Positions 47,264 to 56,566 of a stretch of 64,000 bases of DNA are shown piece after piece (positions within the stretch are counted from its first letter, which is position 1; each line of letters starts with the position of its first letter). This DNA is from Chthoniobacteraceae bacterium (GTDB lineage: Bacteria; Verrucomicrobiota; Verrucomicrobiia; Chthoniobacterales; Chthoniobacteraceae). The translations under genes were made by a program, and so were the position numbers. The notes under the pieces were generated by a model, which was given only the letters and a program-made list of their open reading frames with translations, searched no databases and was not told where the DNA came from. The stretch covers positions 4,071 to 68,070 of the forward strand of contig CANFTB010000008.1 of the NCBI GenBank assembly GCA_947449735.1, in the 5' to 3' direction.

Positions 47264-48553
47264 ATGAAACCATCCACACTCTCGCGCCGTCGTTTTTTGC
47301 GGAGCACCGCGGGCTCCCTCATCGCATTGCCCTTTCTTCCCTCTTTGGATTTCCGCGCATTCGCGCAGGAAAAGTCGACCACGCCTCCAAAACGCATGGT
47401 CTTTCTAGGATTCGGCTATGGCGTCACAAATGAGACGTGGTTTCCGGAGCTCACACAAACCGGATCCGATTACACCCTGCCTCCGGGTCTGACCCCGCTG
47501 GAACGCCACCGGAAAGACTTCACCGTCGTCCAAGGGTGCACGAACAAATTCGCCAACGAGGCGCATTGGGGCAGCACATTCTGGCTCACCGGCGCCAACC
47601 GTTACGCGGAGCCGGGCCAGAGTTTCCACAACTCCATTTCTGCGGATCAGGTAGCCGCAGGCCTTCTCGGGAACGATACGCGCTACGCCTCCATTCAACT
47701 CAACACCCCGGACGTCCAAAATTCCGGCCATGGACCGGGGCTCTCGCTGGCCTGGGATCAACGAGGCAAACCCGTGGCTGGTCTTGATAATCCTGTAGTC
47801 GCCTACCACCGACTGTTCTCCGACGACTCGCTCCCTCTGGAACAACGCCAGGCCGCCCTCCAGCAAAAACGCAGCGTACTCGATACCGTCCTCGAAGACG
47901 CCCGACGCGTCCAACGGGGACTGAGCAAGTCCGACACTGACAAACTGGACGAATATTTCCAAAGCATCCGCGACATCGAAACACGTCTGGGCAAAGACGA
48001 GCAATGGCTCACGGTTCCGAAAGCAAAAGCGCCGATGCCAGAGCCCAAACCAGGACTCGCCGGCCGTGAGGAAATTAAAGTGATGTACGACCTGATCGTG
48101 GCCGCACTTCAAACCGACGCCACGCGAGTAATCACCTACCGCCAGCCCGTTCAGACCCTGCTGGCAAGCCTCGGGTCCAAAGTCGCGTCCCACGACATGA
48201 GCCACTACACGCCCGGGGAGCGCACAGAAGCTTCCCAAAAACGGGATGCCGCCCAGAGCGAACTATTGGCCGGACTTTTCGATAAACTCAAAGCGGTTAA
48301 GGAAGCAGATGGATCTTCCTTATTTGATCACAGCTGCGTTGCCTACGGCAGCAACATCCGCTCAATCCATTATCTGGACAACTGCCCAACCGTCCTTGCC
48401 GGCGGGGCCGCGCGCCTCAAGCTCGGCCAACACATCGTCCTGCCCAAAAACACGCCCCTCGCCAATGTCTGGCTGACGTTACTACGCGGCATCGGAGTGC
48501 CGGCAGAACGCCACGGCGACAGCACCGGTGTAGCGAAGGAACTGCTCGCCTAA
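47264..48553 (+). CDS. DUF1552 domain protein with twin-arginine signal (module 2)
   Basis: MKPSTLSRRRFLRSTAGSLIALPFLPSL. Paralog of 41504-42757. Confidence 0.8.
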   Translation: MKPSTLSRRRFLRSTAGSLIALPFLPSLDFRAFAQEKSTTPPKRMVFLGFGYGVTNETWFPELTQTGSDYTLPPGLTPLERHRKDFTVVQGCTNKFANEAHWGSTFWLTGANRYAEPGQSFHNSISADQVAAGLLGNDTRYASIQLNTPDVQNSGHGPGLSLAWDQRGKPVAGLDNPVVAYHRLFSDDSLPLEQRQAALQQKRSVLDTVLEDARRVQRGLSKSDTDKLDEYFQSIRDIETRLGKDEQWLTVPKAKAPMPEPKPGLAGREEIKVMYDLIVAALQTDATRVITYRQPVQTLLASLGSKVASHDMSHYTPGERTEASQKRDAAQSELLAGLFDKLKAVKEADGSSLFDHSCVAYGSNIRSIHYLDNCPTVLAGGAARLKLGQHIVLPKNTPLANVWLTLLRGIGVPAERHGDSTGVAKELLA

Positions 48554-48580
48554 GGCCTCCACTCCCGAGCCACCCAGACG

Positions 48581-51166
48581 ATGAAACGCGCCCCTTGGCT
48601 TGCCGCCTTTTTCCTGGCGGCCACACCGGCCTTTCCTGCGAATGAAGCAGTCGTTCCAGAAAAACACCGTGAGTTCTTCGAGAGCTACTGCACCGAGTGT
48701 CACAACGCCGATAAACAAAAAGGCAAACTGCGCCTCGACAACGTTTCGCTAAAACTCGACTCCGTAGAAAGCGCCGAGCGTTGGCAGAAAATTCTAAACC
48801 AGATCAATTCCGGAGAAATGCCTCCGGATGAGTCCAAACAACCAGAACAAGGAGCGAAAACCGAATTCCTCGACTCCGTTGCCAACACCCTCGTGGTCGC
48901 CCGGAAAACACTCAGCGATCAACACGGCAACATCACGATGCGCCGCCTGAACCAGCGGGAATACAAAAACACAATTCGCGAACTACTGGGCGTGGAAATC
49001 GATGTTCATGATCTGCCAAAGGACGGCGGATCCGGAGCCTTCGACACGGTGGGGGCCGCGCTGTTTATGTCATCCGATCAGTTCGAACAATACCTGGCAC
49101 TGGGCCGCCGAGCGGTCGATGACAGCTTTGCTCGCGCACTCGGGGTGTCAGCCCAACAAAAGGAATCCCCGCCCAGGACGATCACAGAGCGCCGCGAGGT
49201 CGAGTTACACGCCAAAGCAAAGGTTGGTGGCACCTACAACGGCTATTACAAAGGTGGGTACAGTGTGGCAAAAGCCTACCTCGACAGCGACCGGAGCAAG
49301 CCACCCAGCGCTTTTGGCAAAGGCATCGCCGATGAGGTAGAAGCAAAGTTCCGCGTAAGAGTCTTCGACGAGCACGGGCCGTCCTTTGAGCGCTACCTAA
49401 ACGATCCTCTCACGCAGAAAGGTGCGTACCTCAACATTTTCAACGTCAACACCGAGGAAGCAATCACCCTGCCTCCTGATCAACCTTCGGGCTGGCTCAA
49501 AACAAAACATGAAGTCGAAAACGTCGAGCCAGGCAGATACAAACTGCGCTTCCGAATTGGTTCTGTAAAAGGCACTCCGGTAGAGAGGCATTTTGTCGCC
49601 CTCGGAAGCCGTTCCTCTGGAACAGAGGATTTCAGCTTGATGCACACCTTTCAGATTAGCGGAACAATCGAAGAACCGCAGATCATCGAAGTCCCGGTAA
49701 ACATCACCGGGAACGGCCCGCGCACTTTTGTGGTCCGCGAAAAACGCGATGTGAAGCTCGACAATGAAATCTACACCGCTGCGCGTAAAGTCACTGGTGT
49801 CGGCCCTGAACCGGCGCTCTGGATTGATTGGGTGGAATGGGAGGGGCCAATCGCGGAGCCCAACCCTCCGGCGATTGCCGAGTTGTTCGTAGCGCAGAAT
49901 CCGGAAACACCGGAGAATCAGACCGCGCGAGCGCTCCTCGAGCGCTTCGCCGTGCGCGCCTTTCGGGATCTCAAACCGGAACCCGCCTACATGGACCGGC
50001 TCATGGAGTTGTTTCAGGTCCGGCGCAAAGCTGGTGATTCTTTTCGTGATGCGCTGAAAGAGCCCCTGAGCGTTGTCCTCGCCTCTCCCGGATTTTTGTA
50101 TCTTGCCGAACCGAGTTCGGGCCCAACCCGTCGCCGCCTCACACAGCGCGAATTCGCAAGCCGTCTCGCGTATTTCATCTGGAGCGCTCCACCGGATGCG
50201 GAGTTACTGGCCCTCAGCCGAAAGGGAGACCTGGCTAAACCCGAGATCCTCTCGAAACAACTCGACCGGCTGATAGAAGACCCGCGGAGCTCGGCTTTTG
50301 TGAACGCCTTTGTTCACCAGTGGCTCGGTCTGGACCGTCTCGACTTCTTCCAGTTTGATACGAAAGTACACCGCGCTTTTGACGAGGGCACCAAAGCTGC
50401 CGCCCGGACGGAGGTATACGAGACTTTTGCGTCTCTTTTGCAGAACCACAAAAGCCTGAAACACCTGCTCAAGTCCGACTTTGTGGTCATCAACGGACTG
50501 TTGGCGAATTATTATGGCATCCCAGACGTCAGCGGGGACGCCTTCAGGCCTGTAAAACTAGCTCCGGACTCTCCTCGTGGCGGGCTCCTCGGAATGGCCG
50601 CGATCCAAGCGATGGGCAGCAACGGCAAGGAATCCAGCCCAGTCGAACGGGGAGCGTGGGTCCTTCGGAAACTCCTGCACGAGCCCCCGCCTCCTGCTCC
50701 GCCGAATGTGCCGCAACTTTCGCGCCTCGAGGGAAAACTCCTCACCACGCGTGAGCGCCTGACGGCGCATCAGGAACAGCCACAGTGCGCCTCTTGTCAC
50801 CGCAAAATTGACCCCATCGGTTTCGGTTTGGAAAATTTCGACGCCGTCGGCAAGTGGCGGACAGAAGACGGATACGAAAAGAAGGGCGTGGGAAATAAAA
50901 AGTGGCCCATCGAACCCGCGGGTGCGTTTCACAACGGGCCTGCCTTTAAGGATTACTTCGAACTGCGGGATTTGATCGCTGCGAAACCGGAGCGGATCGC
51001 AAGAGGGCTCACCGAGGCGCTGATCGAGTTTGGATTGGGACGCCCCTTTGGGTTCTCCGACGAAGACCTCGCTGTTCGGATTTTGGAACAATCCCAGAAG
51101 CAAGATTTCGACGTCAGAACCTTCCTTCACGCCTTGGTAGAAAGCCCCGATTTCCAGATGAAATAA
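48581..51166 (+). CDS. DUF1592/DUF1588/DUF1585-type protein with N-terminal cytochrome c motif (module 2)
   Basis: CTECHNADKQKGKLRLD, MRRLNQREYKNTIRELLG, ASRLAYFIWSAPPDAELL, and CASCHRKIDPIGFGLENFDAVGKWR. Paralog of 38862-41507. Confidence 0.8.
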   Translation: MKRAPWLAAFFLAATPAFPANEAVVPEKHREFFESYCTECHNADKQKGKLRLDNVSLKLDSVESAERWQKILNQINSGEMPPDESKQPEQGAKTEFLDSVANTLVVARKTLSDQHGNITMRRLNQREYKNTIRELLGVEIDVHDLPKDGGSGAFDTVGAALFMSSDQFEQYLALGRRAVDDSFARALGVSAQQKESPPRTITERREVELHAKAKVGGTYNGYYKGGYSVAKAYLDSDRSKPPSAFGKGIADEVEAKFRVRVFDEHGPSFERYLNDPLTQKGAYLNIFNVNTEEAITLPPDQPSGWLKTKHEVENVEPGRYKLRFRIGSVKGTPVERHFVALGSRSSGTEDFSLMHTFQISGTIEEPQIIEVPVNITGNGPRTFVVREKRDVKLDNEIYTAARKVTGVGPEPALWIDWVEWEGPIAEPNPPAIAELFVAQNPETPENQTARALLERFAVRAFRDLKPEPAYMDRLMELFQVRRKAGDSFRDALKEPLSVVLASPGFLYLAEPSSGPTRRRLTQREFASRLAYFIWSAPPDAELLALSRKGDLAKPEILSKQLDRLIEDPRSSAFVNAFVHQWLGLDRLDFFQFDTKVHRAFDEGTKAAARTEVYETFASLLQNHKSLKHLLKSDFVVINGLLANYYGIPDVSGDAFRPVKLAPDSPRGGLLGMAAIQAMGSNGKESSPVERGAWVLRKLLHEPPPPAPPNVPQLSRLEGKLLTTRERLTAHQEQPQCASCHRKIDPIGFGLENFDAVGKWRTEDGYEKKGVGNKKWPIEPAGAFHNGPAFKDYFELRDLIAAKPERIARGLTEALIEFGLGRPFGFSDEDLAVRILEQSQKQDFDVRTFLHALVESPDFQMK

Positions 51167-51171
51167 CCCCG

Positions 51172-51918
51172 ATGCACAAAACAACGCCACTCCTTCTCAC
51201 GCTTACCCTGCTCACGACAAGTGTAATGGCGCAAAGCGCGGCCAAAGGAACTGTTCTTGTGAAAGCTGATTTCAGCAACGATGTCGTCGATAAAGCGATG
51301 TTTGGAATCTCTTCCTGGAACATCCCGGAGACGTGGGAACTCAGGGACGGCGCGCTTGCCAGTATCTATGACTCAAAACAGCACCCCGGAAAAGCACACG
51401 GCACCTCTATTAGCCCGCGAATCAAAGCGAGGGACGTCAGGGTCTCCTACCGTGTGAAATTTGAAGCCGAATCGGCGCGTCTTTCGATGCTGATTAACAC
51501 ACCTTTCCCTGCAAAAACAGGAATTCCCGTGTGGCACATCGGAGACGTGTATGCTCGTCTTCCGCGGAATCCAACGGACCCAGTTGTCTCCATCGTAGAG
51601 CGTGATTTCACGTACGATGAAAACGATCCACGCCTGGTCGGGAAGAAAAAGGACCACGGTCCGGCGGACATCTTTAAGCCTTACCTCGCCTACTCCGCGC
51701 CCGGTATCAGCTGCAAATCTCCCGCCGCTTTAGTAAAAGGACAATGGCATCAATTTGTGGTGGAGAATGTCGGGACCCAGTGGACTCTCTGGATCGATGG
51801 AAAAGAAGTTCTGACGCAGGTGATGAAGCATTCGGATGCAGAAAAGGAGACCGTTGCTTTCATCGCGTTTGCGCCATTGCTTTTGGACGATATCGTGATT
51901 GAGGAATTGCCACGTTAG
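51172..51918 (+). CDS. Secreted concanavalin/LamG- or DUF1080-like protein (weak assignment)
   Basis: Signal peptide MHKTTPLLLTLTLLTTSVMA. W..PETWELRDGAL...VSYRVKF...GQWHQFVVENVGTQWTLWIDGKEV. It starts 5 nt after the DUF1592 stop. Confidence 0.5.
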   Translation: MHKTTPLLLTLTLLTTSVMAQSAAKGTVLVKADFSNDVVDKAMFGISSWNIPETWELRDGALASIYDSKQHPGKAHGTSISPRIKARDVRVSYRVKFEAESARLSMLINTPFPAKTGIPVWHIGDVYARLPRNPTDPVVSIVERDFTYDENDPRLVGKKKDHGPADIFKPYLAYSAPGISCKSPAALVKGQWHQFVVENVGTQWTLWIDGKEVLTQVMKHSDAEKETVAFIAFAPLLLDDIVIEELPR

Positions 51919-53102
51919 GCCTGTTGGCAAGTGCCCCGCGGGTGTTGTTTGAGGGAGAATTTTCCGAAGCGGATTGAGCGTCGGTGGCGCTTCTCATCAC
52001 CGCTGTCCCAAACGGCGCAAAACTCGCCGGGGGAGGTCTCAATAAGCGTAGGGTAAGAATTGTGGATGCCGGCGTCGAAGAACGTCTGCTCACCGCTCCA
52101 GGTGCCGTTTGCAGGCTTCAGCTTGTAGCGCAGCGCCATGCGGCTCCACGCTGGACCGTCGTTGTAGACGTAGAGTTGCGAGCCGGTACGCGATTGGCCG
52201 AACCAACCTTCCGAAACGCTGTTGTAGAGCTCCGGTTCCTCCTGAGCCACACTCCACGTCTTGCCTCCATCGGTGCTTTTGCTGGACCAGGCGCGGGGAG
52301 GATTGAGAGCGCCGCCCTCCTTGCCGCCTTCGGAAGTTCGCATTACCATCTTGAGGTGCTGCTGCTCGTTGAGGATCGCGATCTGGCCTTCGTGCAGGAA
52401 TATCTTCCCGGGCTCCGGTTGCGGCACATATCCCCCGAGGCTCCAGTCGAGCAGGCTGGTGCTGCGCAGCACGAAATGCTCGCGCTGACCCAGAGGGTCC
52501 GCGCGCTTGGTGTTCCGGTGCGCGGGCAGCAGATATACGGGCTGTCCGTTTTCAACAATCCGCTGAATTTCGCCTAGAATGACGAGCGGGCCGGTGTAAT
52601 GCATCGCCAGTTCCACTGGATTCCACGAACGGCCCCCATCGCCGCTGTAGGCTGCCGCGAGATGCGAGTCCTCGCTGTCTCCATAGTTCAGCGGGCATCG
52701 CATCGCAAAACACCAGATGATCTGTTGCCCTGGCGGTTTGTAGAGCACCGCATTACAGTAGGCAAACTGCATCGCGCCATGTCGCTGCTCATGGTCAAAG
52801 ATGGCACTCGGAATGCTCCAGGAGGCGCCGTCATTGCTGGAGACAATCGCATCGATGCTCCCCATGTCCCCTTTGCCTGCGATCCCCTTCTGATAGGCGA
52901 CGACGAGATGCTTTTCCTTCCACAAGGCTATGGTGGGCTGACCAAGGAGCGAGGCCCTTGGTTCCTGGTCGGCAGCACGTACAATCCGCACGTCGCGGAT
53001 GTAGCCAGTGCTTTGGGCGTTGGTAACTTCGTCTCTCGCCGAGAATGCGCACATCGGCGCGAGCAGCATTGATGAGAGGAGGGCGAGGGGTGTGCTTTTC
53101 AT
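51915..53102 (-). CDS. BNR/Asp-box repeat glycosidase (sialidase/GH33-like)
   Basis: Signal peptide and three Asp-boxes: SNDGASWS, SGDGGRSWN, STDGGKTWS. 395 aa. Confidence 0.75.
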   Translation of the reverse strand: MKSTPLALLSSMLLAPMCAFSARDEVTNAQSTGYIRDVRIVRAADQEPRASLLGQPTIALWKEKHLVVAYQKGIAGKGDMGSIDAIVSSNDGASWSIPSAIFDHEQRHGAMQFAYCNAVLYKPPGQQIIWCFAMRCPLNYGDSEDSHLAAAYSGDGGRSWNPVELAMHYTGPLVILGEIQRIVENGQPVYLLPAHRNTKRADPLGQREHFVLRSTSLLDWSLGGYVPQPEPGKIFLHEGQIAILNEQQHLKMVMRTSEGGKEGGALNPPRAWSSKSTDGGKTWSVAQEEPELYNSVSEGWFGQSRTGSQLYVYNDGPAWSRMALRYKLKPANGTWSGEQTFFDAGIHNSYPTLIETSPGEFCAVWDSGDEKRHRRSIRFGKFSLKQHPRGTCQQA

Positions 53103-53502
53103 GGATGTGGTTCCTGTCTGTCAGATGGCATTGTTCCTAGGGAGTACGCGAGGGAAGTCGTTAGTCGTATGCGCCAGATGAGCGGAGCGGGGTCACCATT
53201 TGGAGGAATGATTGCAGAACTGCAAAAACTCATATGCCGACCAGCCTATCAAGGTCAGTGTGTGTCGTCTTGCACTCGCAGCTTGTGGACTATACTGCAC
53301 AAGAAACAACGGGCGCAGCTGGCGACCTGCCGTTAGTTTGCACAAGGGACTGATTTAGAGGGTGATGGCCCAAGACACTTGCATATTCGGTGGGGAATGG
53401 CCGCGGGTTAAGACAATAAACGGGGACTTCCGGGCGCTGGTAAAAGCTCTCGTTACCCAGCTCAAGGGTACAGCATTGAAGGCGAGGAGTGCGTGTAGAA
53501 GA

Positions 53503-54435
53503 CTAGCGGGGATGGGTCCTTGAGGGCGCGCTCTTCCGGGGCTCCACTTGGCTGGCATGCGCGGCGAGATATTCTAGGAATGCGACGGCTGGCGGTGACA
53601 GCCGCTTTCCGAGGAGCGTCACGGAATACCAGTTTGAGTGGATCGGAAAACCGGCCACATTAAGGACGGCCAGAGAGTCCGCGGCGTAGTGCTCGCCCAA
53701 AGCATGAAGGGAGATCACGGAGAGCCCCATTCCTCCAGCAACCGACTGTTTGATCGCCTCGTTGCTCCCGAATTCGAGGCGCACCGTTGGTTGGAAATTT
53801 TGCTCGGCAAAGAACTTGTCGCAGGCGAGACGCGTCCCCGAACCGCGCTCTCTCAGAATAAACCTTTCCTGCGCGAGTTGTTGCAGCTCAACGCGACGCT
53901 TCCTAGCAAGCGGGTGCCCGCAGGGCGCAATCAGCACAAGCGGATTGGCCATGAAAATGCGCTTTTCCACATCCAAATCAGCCGGGGGCATGGACATCAC
54001 GTAACAGTCGTCCAGATTCCCGCGAAGGCGGTTTACAATTCCCTCCCGATTCAGAACCTCCAGAGAGACTTCAATCTCAGGATACTCCCTGCAAAAAGCA
54101 CCAAGCAGTCTCGGAATGAAGTATTTCGCCGTGCTCACCACAGAAACCCGGAGCTGCCCGCGCGTCATCCCTCGCATCTCAGCGATCCTTTGCTCGAACG
54201 CCGACCACTCTCCGACCATGGCGCGCGCAGACCTTGCCAACTCCTCCCCTGCGGCTGTAAGAGCGAGGCGCTTGGAGGTGATTTCATAAAGCGGCAGCCC
54301 GACGCTCTCCGCGAGTTCCCGAAGCTGCATGGACACCGTGGGCTGGCTCACATGCAGCCAGCGGGCAACCCCCGTGACGCTCCGGGTTTCGGTCAACGCG
54401 AGGAAGAGTTGGAGTTGCCGGAAGGTGACGTTCAT
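53503..54435 (-). CDS. LysR family transcriptional regulator
   Basis: N-terminal wHTH FRQLQLFLALTETRSVTGVARWLHVSQPTVSMQLRELAESVG, 310 aa. It is divergent from the SbtA-like permease gene. Confidence 0.88.
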   Translation of the reverse strand: MNVTFRQLQLFLALTETRSVTGVARWLHVSQPTVSMQLRELAESVGLPLYEITSKRLALTAAGEELARSARAMVGEWSAFEQRIAEMRGMTRGQLRVSVVSTAKYFIPRLLGAFCREYPEIEVSLEVLNREGIVNRLRGNLDDCYVMSMPPADLDVEKRIFMANPLVLIAPCGHPLARKRRVELQQLAQERFILRERGSGTRLACDKFFAEQNFQPTVRLEFGSNEAIKQSVAGGMGLSVISLHALGEHYAADSLAVLNVAGFPIHSNWYSVTLLGKRLSPPAVAFLEYLAAHASQVEPRKSAPSRTHPR

Positions 54436-54456
54436 ATTCTTTTGGTTATGATATGC

Positions 54457-54488
54457 TGCATTTAAATCGATTATGGATTATAAATGCA
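54457..54488. promoter_or_regulatory. Candidate LysR operator in the AT-rich divergent promoter
   Basis: Perfect 8-bp inverted repeat TGCATTTA (54457-54464) / TAAATGCA (54481-54488) with a 16-bp spacer. A TTA-N7-TAA box (TTATGGATTATAA, 54471-54483) lies in the spacer and overlaps the right arm by 3 nt. Confidence 0.4.
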
Positions 54489-54525
54489 AGGCGATAGGCT
54501 CCGCCACCAACTCGGAGCCTTCACC

Positions 54526-55539
54526 ATGCAAAACCTCGTAGACCCAGCGATCCTGTTCTTTGTCCTCGGCGCTCTGGCCGGCGTCCTCAAGTCCAACCTC
54601 GAGATTCCTCCGCAAATCTCCCGCTTCCTATCCCTGTACCTGTTGATGGCACTCGGATTGAAAGGCGGGTTCGCTCTCTCTCATTCCGGGTTCACCTCTC
54701 AGGTCGTCAGCAGCCTTGGATGCGCCGTCTTCCTTGCGATTGCCATTCCTGCAGCGGGCTACCTGCTTTTGAAGCGCATGGTCTGCGGCTTCGATGCAGC
54801 CGCGATTGCAGCCACCTACGGTTCGGTGAGCGCAGTGACTTTCATCACCGCAACCCAATACCTGGAAACACACGATCTCGCGTACGGCGGTCACATGGCC
54901 GCTGCGATGGCGCTGATGGAATCACCGGCTATCGTGATGGCGGTGCTGTTTGCCAACGCGCTGCGCAAACAGGGCGCACCCGGATCAGCCGTAATCTCGA
55001 CATCGCTGGAAAATCCAGCGTCAGGCCCTGCGCAACCAACCGGCTTTGGATCCGTCTTCAAGATCCTGCATGAATCTTTGACCGACGGAGCCCAGATTCT
55101 GCTGCTTGGCTCGATGGTGGTGGGCTTCGTGACAGGAGACACTGGCAAAGCAGCCATGAAGCCCTTCTCCGGAGATCTCTTTAAAGGAATGCTCGCCTTT
55201 TTCCTTCTCGATATGGGGCTCATGGCGGCCAGAAACGCGCTCCAAGCGAAGGGCACCTCGCCTTGGGTGATCGCGTACGCGGCTCTAGGCCCGGTGGTGC
55301 ACGCGGCAGCGGCATTGGGAGTTTCGCGGCTTGCCGGGCTCTCCCAGGGGGACGGTGCGCTGCTCATGATCCTCTCGGCGAGCGCCTCCTACATTGCCGT
55401 GCCGGCCGCCCTCAGATTCGCCATCCCCGAGGCGCGTCCGGCTCTCTACTTCGGCATGTCCCTCGGCGTGACCTTCCCGCTCAACATCCTGGTTGGGATT
55501 CCTGTTTACGTGTACGCCGCCCGACTGGCTCTGCGCTAG
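54526..55539 (+). CDS. Sodium-dependent bicarbonate transport family permease (SbtA-like, DUF897)
   Basis: MQNLVDPAILFFVLGALAGVLKSNLEIPPQISRFLSLYLLMALGLKGG is a typical N-terminus for this family, and the protein is polytopic. The start is taken at 54526. Confidence 0.75.
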   Translation: MQNLVDPAILFFVLGALAGVLKSNLEIPPQISRFLSLYLLMALGLKGGFALSHSGFTSQVVSSLGCAVFLAIAIPAAGYLLLKRMVCGFDAAAIAATYGSVSAVTFITATQYLETHDLAYGGHMAAAMALMESPAIVMAVLFANALRKQGAPGSAVISTSLENPASGPAQPTGFGSVFKILHESLTDGAQILLLGSMVVGFVTGDTGKAAMKPFSGDLFKGMLAFFLLDMGLMAARNALQAKGTSPWVIAYAALGPVVHAAAALGVSRLAGLSQGDGALLMILSASASYIAVPAALRFAIPEARPALYFGMSLGVTFPLNILVGIPVYVYAARLALR

Positions 55540-56221
55540 AACTGAAATGTAAGTGCCGGCATCTGGCGTTGCAAAAGATTGCCACCCGCATCGTAGACAA
55601 ACTTCGTCGCCGCCCCATCGGGCAACGCCTGTTGGATCATGCGGTTCAAAGCGTAGTAGACATAGCTCGTGGTGCGGTTCAGTTCATCCGTGCTGCTTGT
55701 GAGGTTTCCGGAAACGTCGTATAGGGACACCGCAGCGCCGCCCGCTGCATTCCATGTGATCACGGGCTTACCCTGCAAATCAGTAAAGGTTGTGCTCTGC
55801 ACTCCGGTGGTTCCCAGAACCGTCGTCACGGAGTGATGATCCGCGGAATACTGATACGCCGTGGAGCGCACGGAAGCGCCATTGGGGTTCTTGAGTTCAA
55901 CCGTCAGCGGACGTTAACTGTATAACGCAATGTTACACCCGCGTCTGGTGTAGAAACAACGACCTGCTGCTGTGTGGCAAAAGTGCCTCCATTTATGCTA
56001 AGTACTGGAGCTTTTGGGGCAGTACTTTGCTGAGCCATCACCAGCCCCCAGGGAAGTACGAGGGTCAATACTGAGGCTGCTTTTAGGGCTCCAAAGAAGC
56101 GGCTTTGGACGGAGGGTTTTGAGGTATTTACGAGCATGGCGTTGGGCGTCGAGCATGGTTCTTGGGGATCCACCTCGACCGCTGTATATCGGTGCTGACT
56201 CGCGCCCCGCGTGTACGCCAA
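55536..56221 (-). pseudogene. Truncated/frameshifted remnant of a secreted RHS/YD-repeat protein
   Basis: 55904-56221 encodes a signal peptide plus a CHB_HEX_C-like start (VLSINGGTFATQQQVVVSTPDAGVTLRYTV) and then a stop. A different frame at 55536-55871 (open back to 55913) encodes YD repeats (SLYDVSGNLTSSTDELNRTTSYVYYALNRMIQQALPDGAATKFVYDAGGNLL). Together these are far shorter than intact RHS proteins, and the local GC is lower. Confidence 0.55.
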
Positions 56222-56566
56222 TTTTCCAATTTCCCCTGAGGTTTCGTACCCTTGAGGTGGTGCGCACTAAATGTCTCTCTCTGCTGACTCTGATGCCGTG
56301 TCTCTTGGCATTGAGCTCAGCCTGATAAAACAACCCCTGGCTAGGTTGAGTGACAAATTGTTGTCGTCGCCAAAATGGAGAATTTCGCCGCGCATAAGAT
56401 CTCCGCTTGGAGGGCTTCCGGTACCAACATCGGGCCGATGGAATCAAAAAAGCCCTGTTCAATGGTCCACTTTCTTACCCGGTGATGTGTTGTGTCACCG
56501 ATCCTGAAGCAATTGCGCAATGCACCGGAACGGTCGCGCGGTGGATGGAACCTTTGAATTCAAGTC

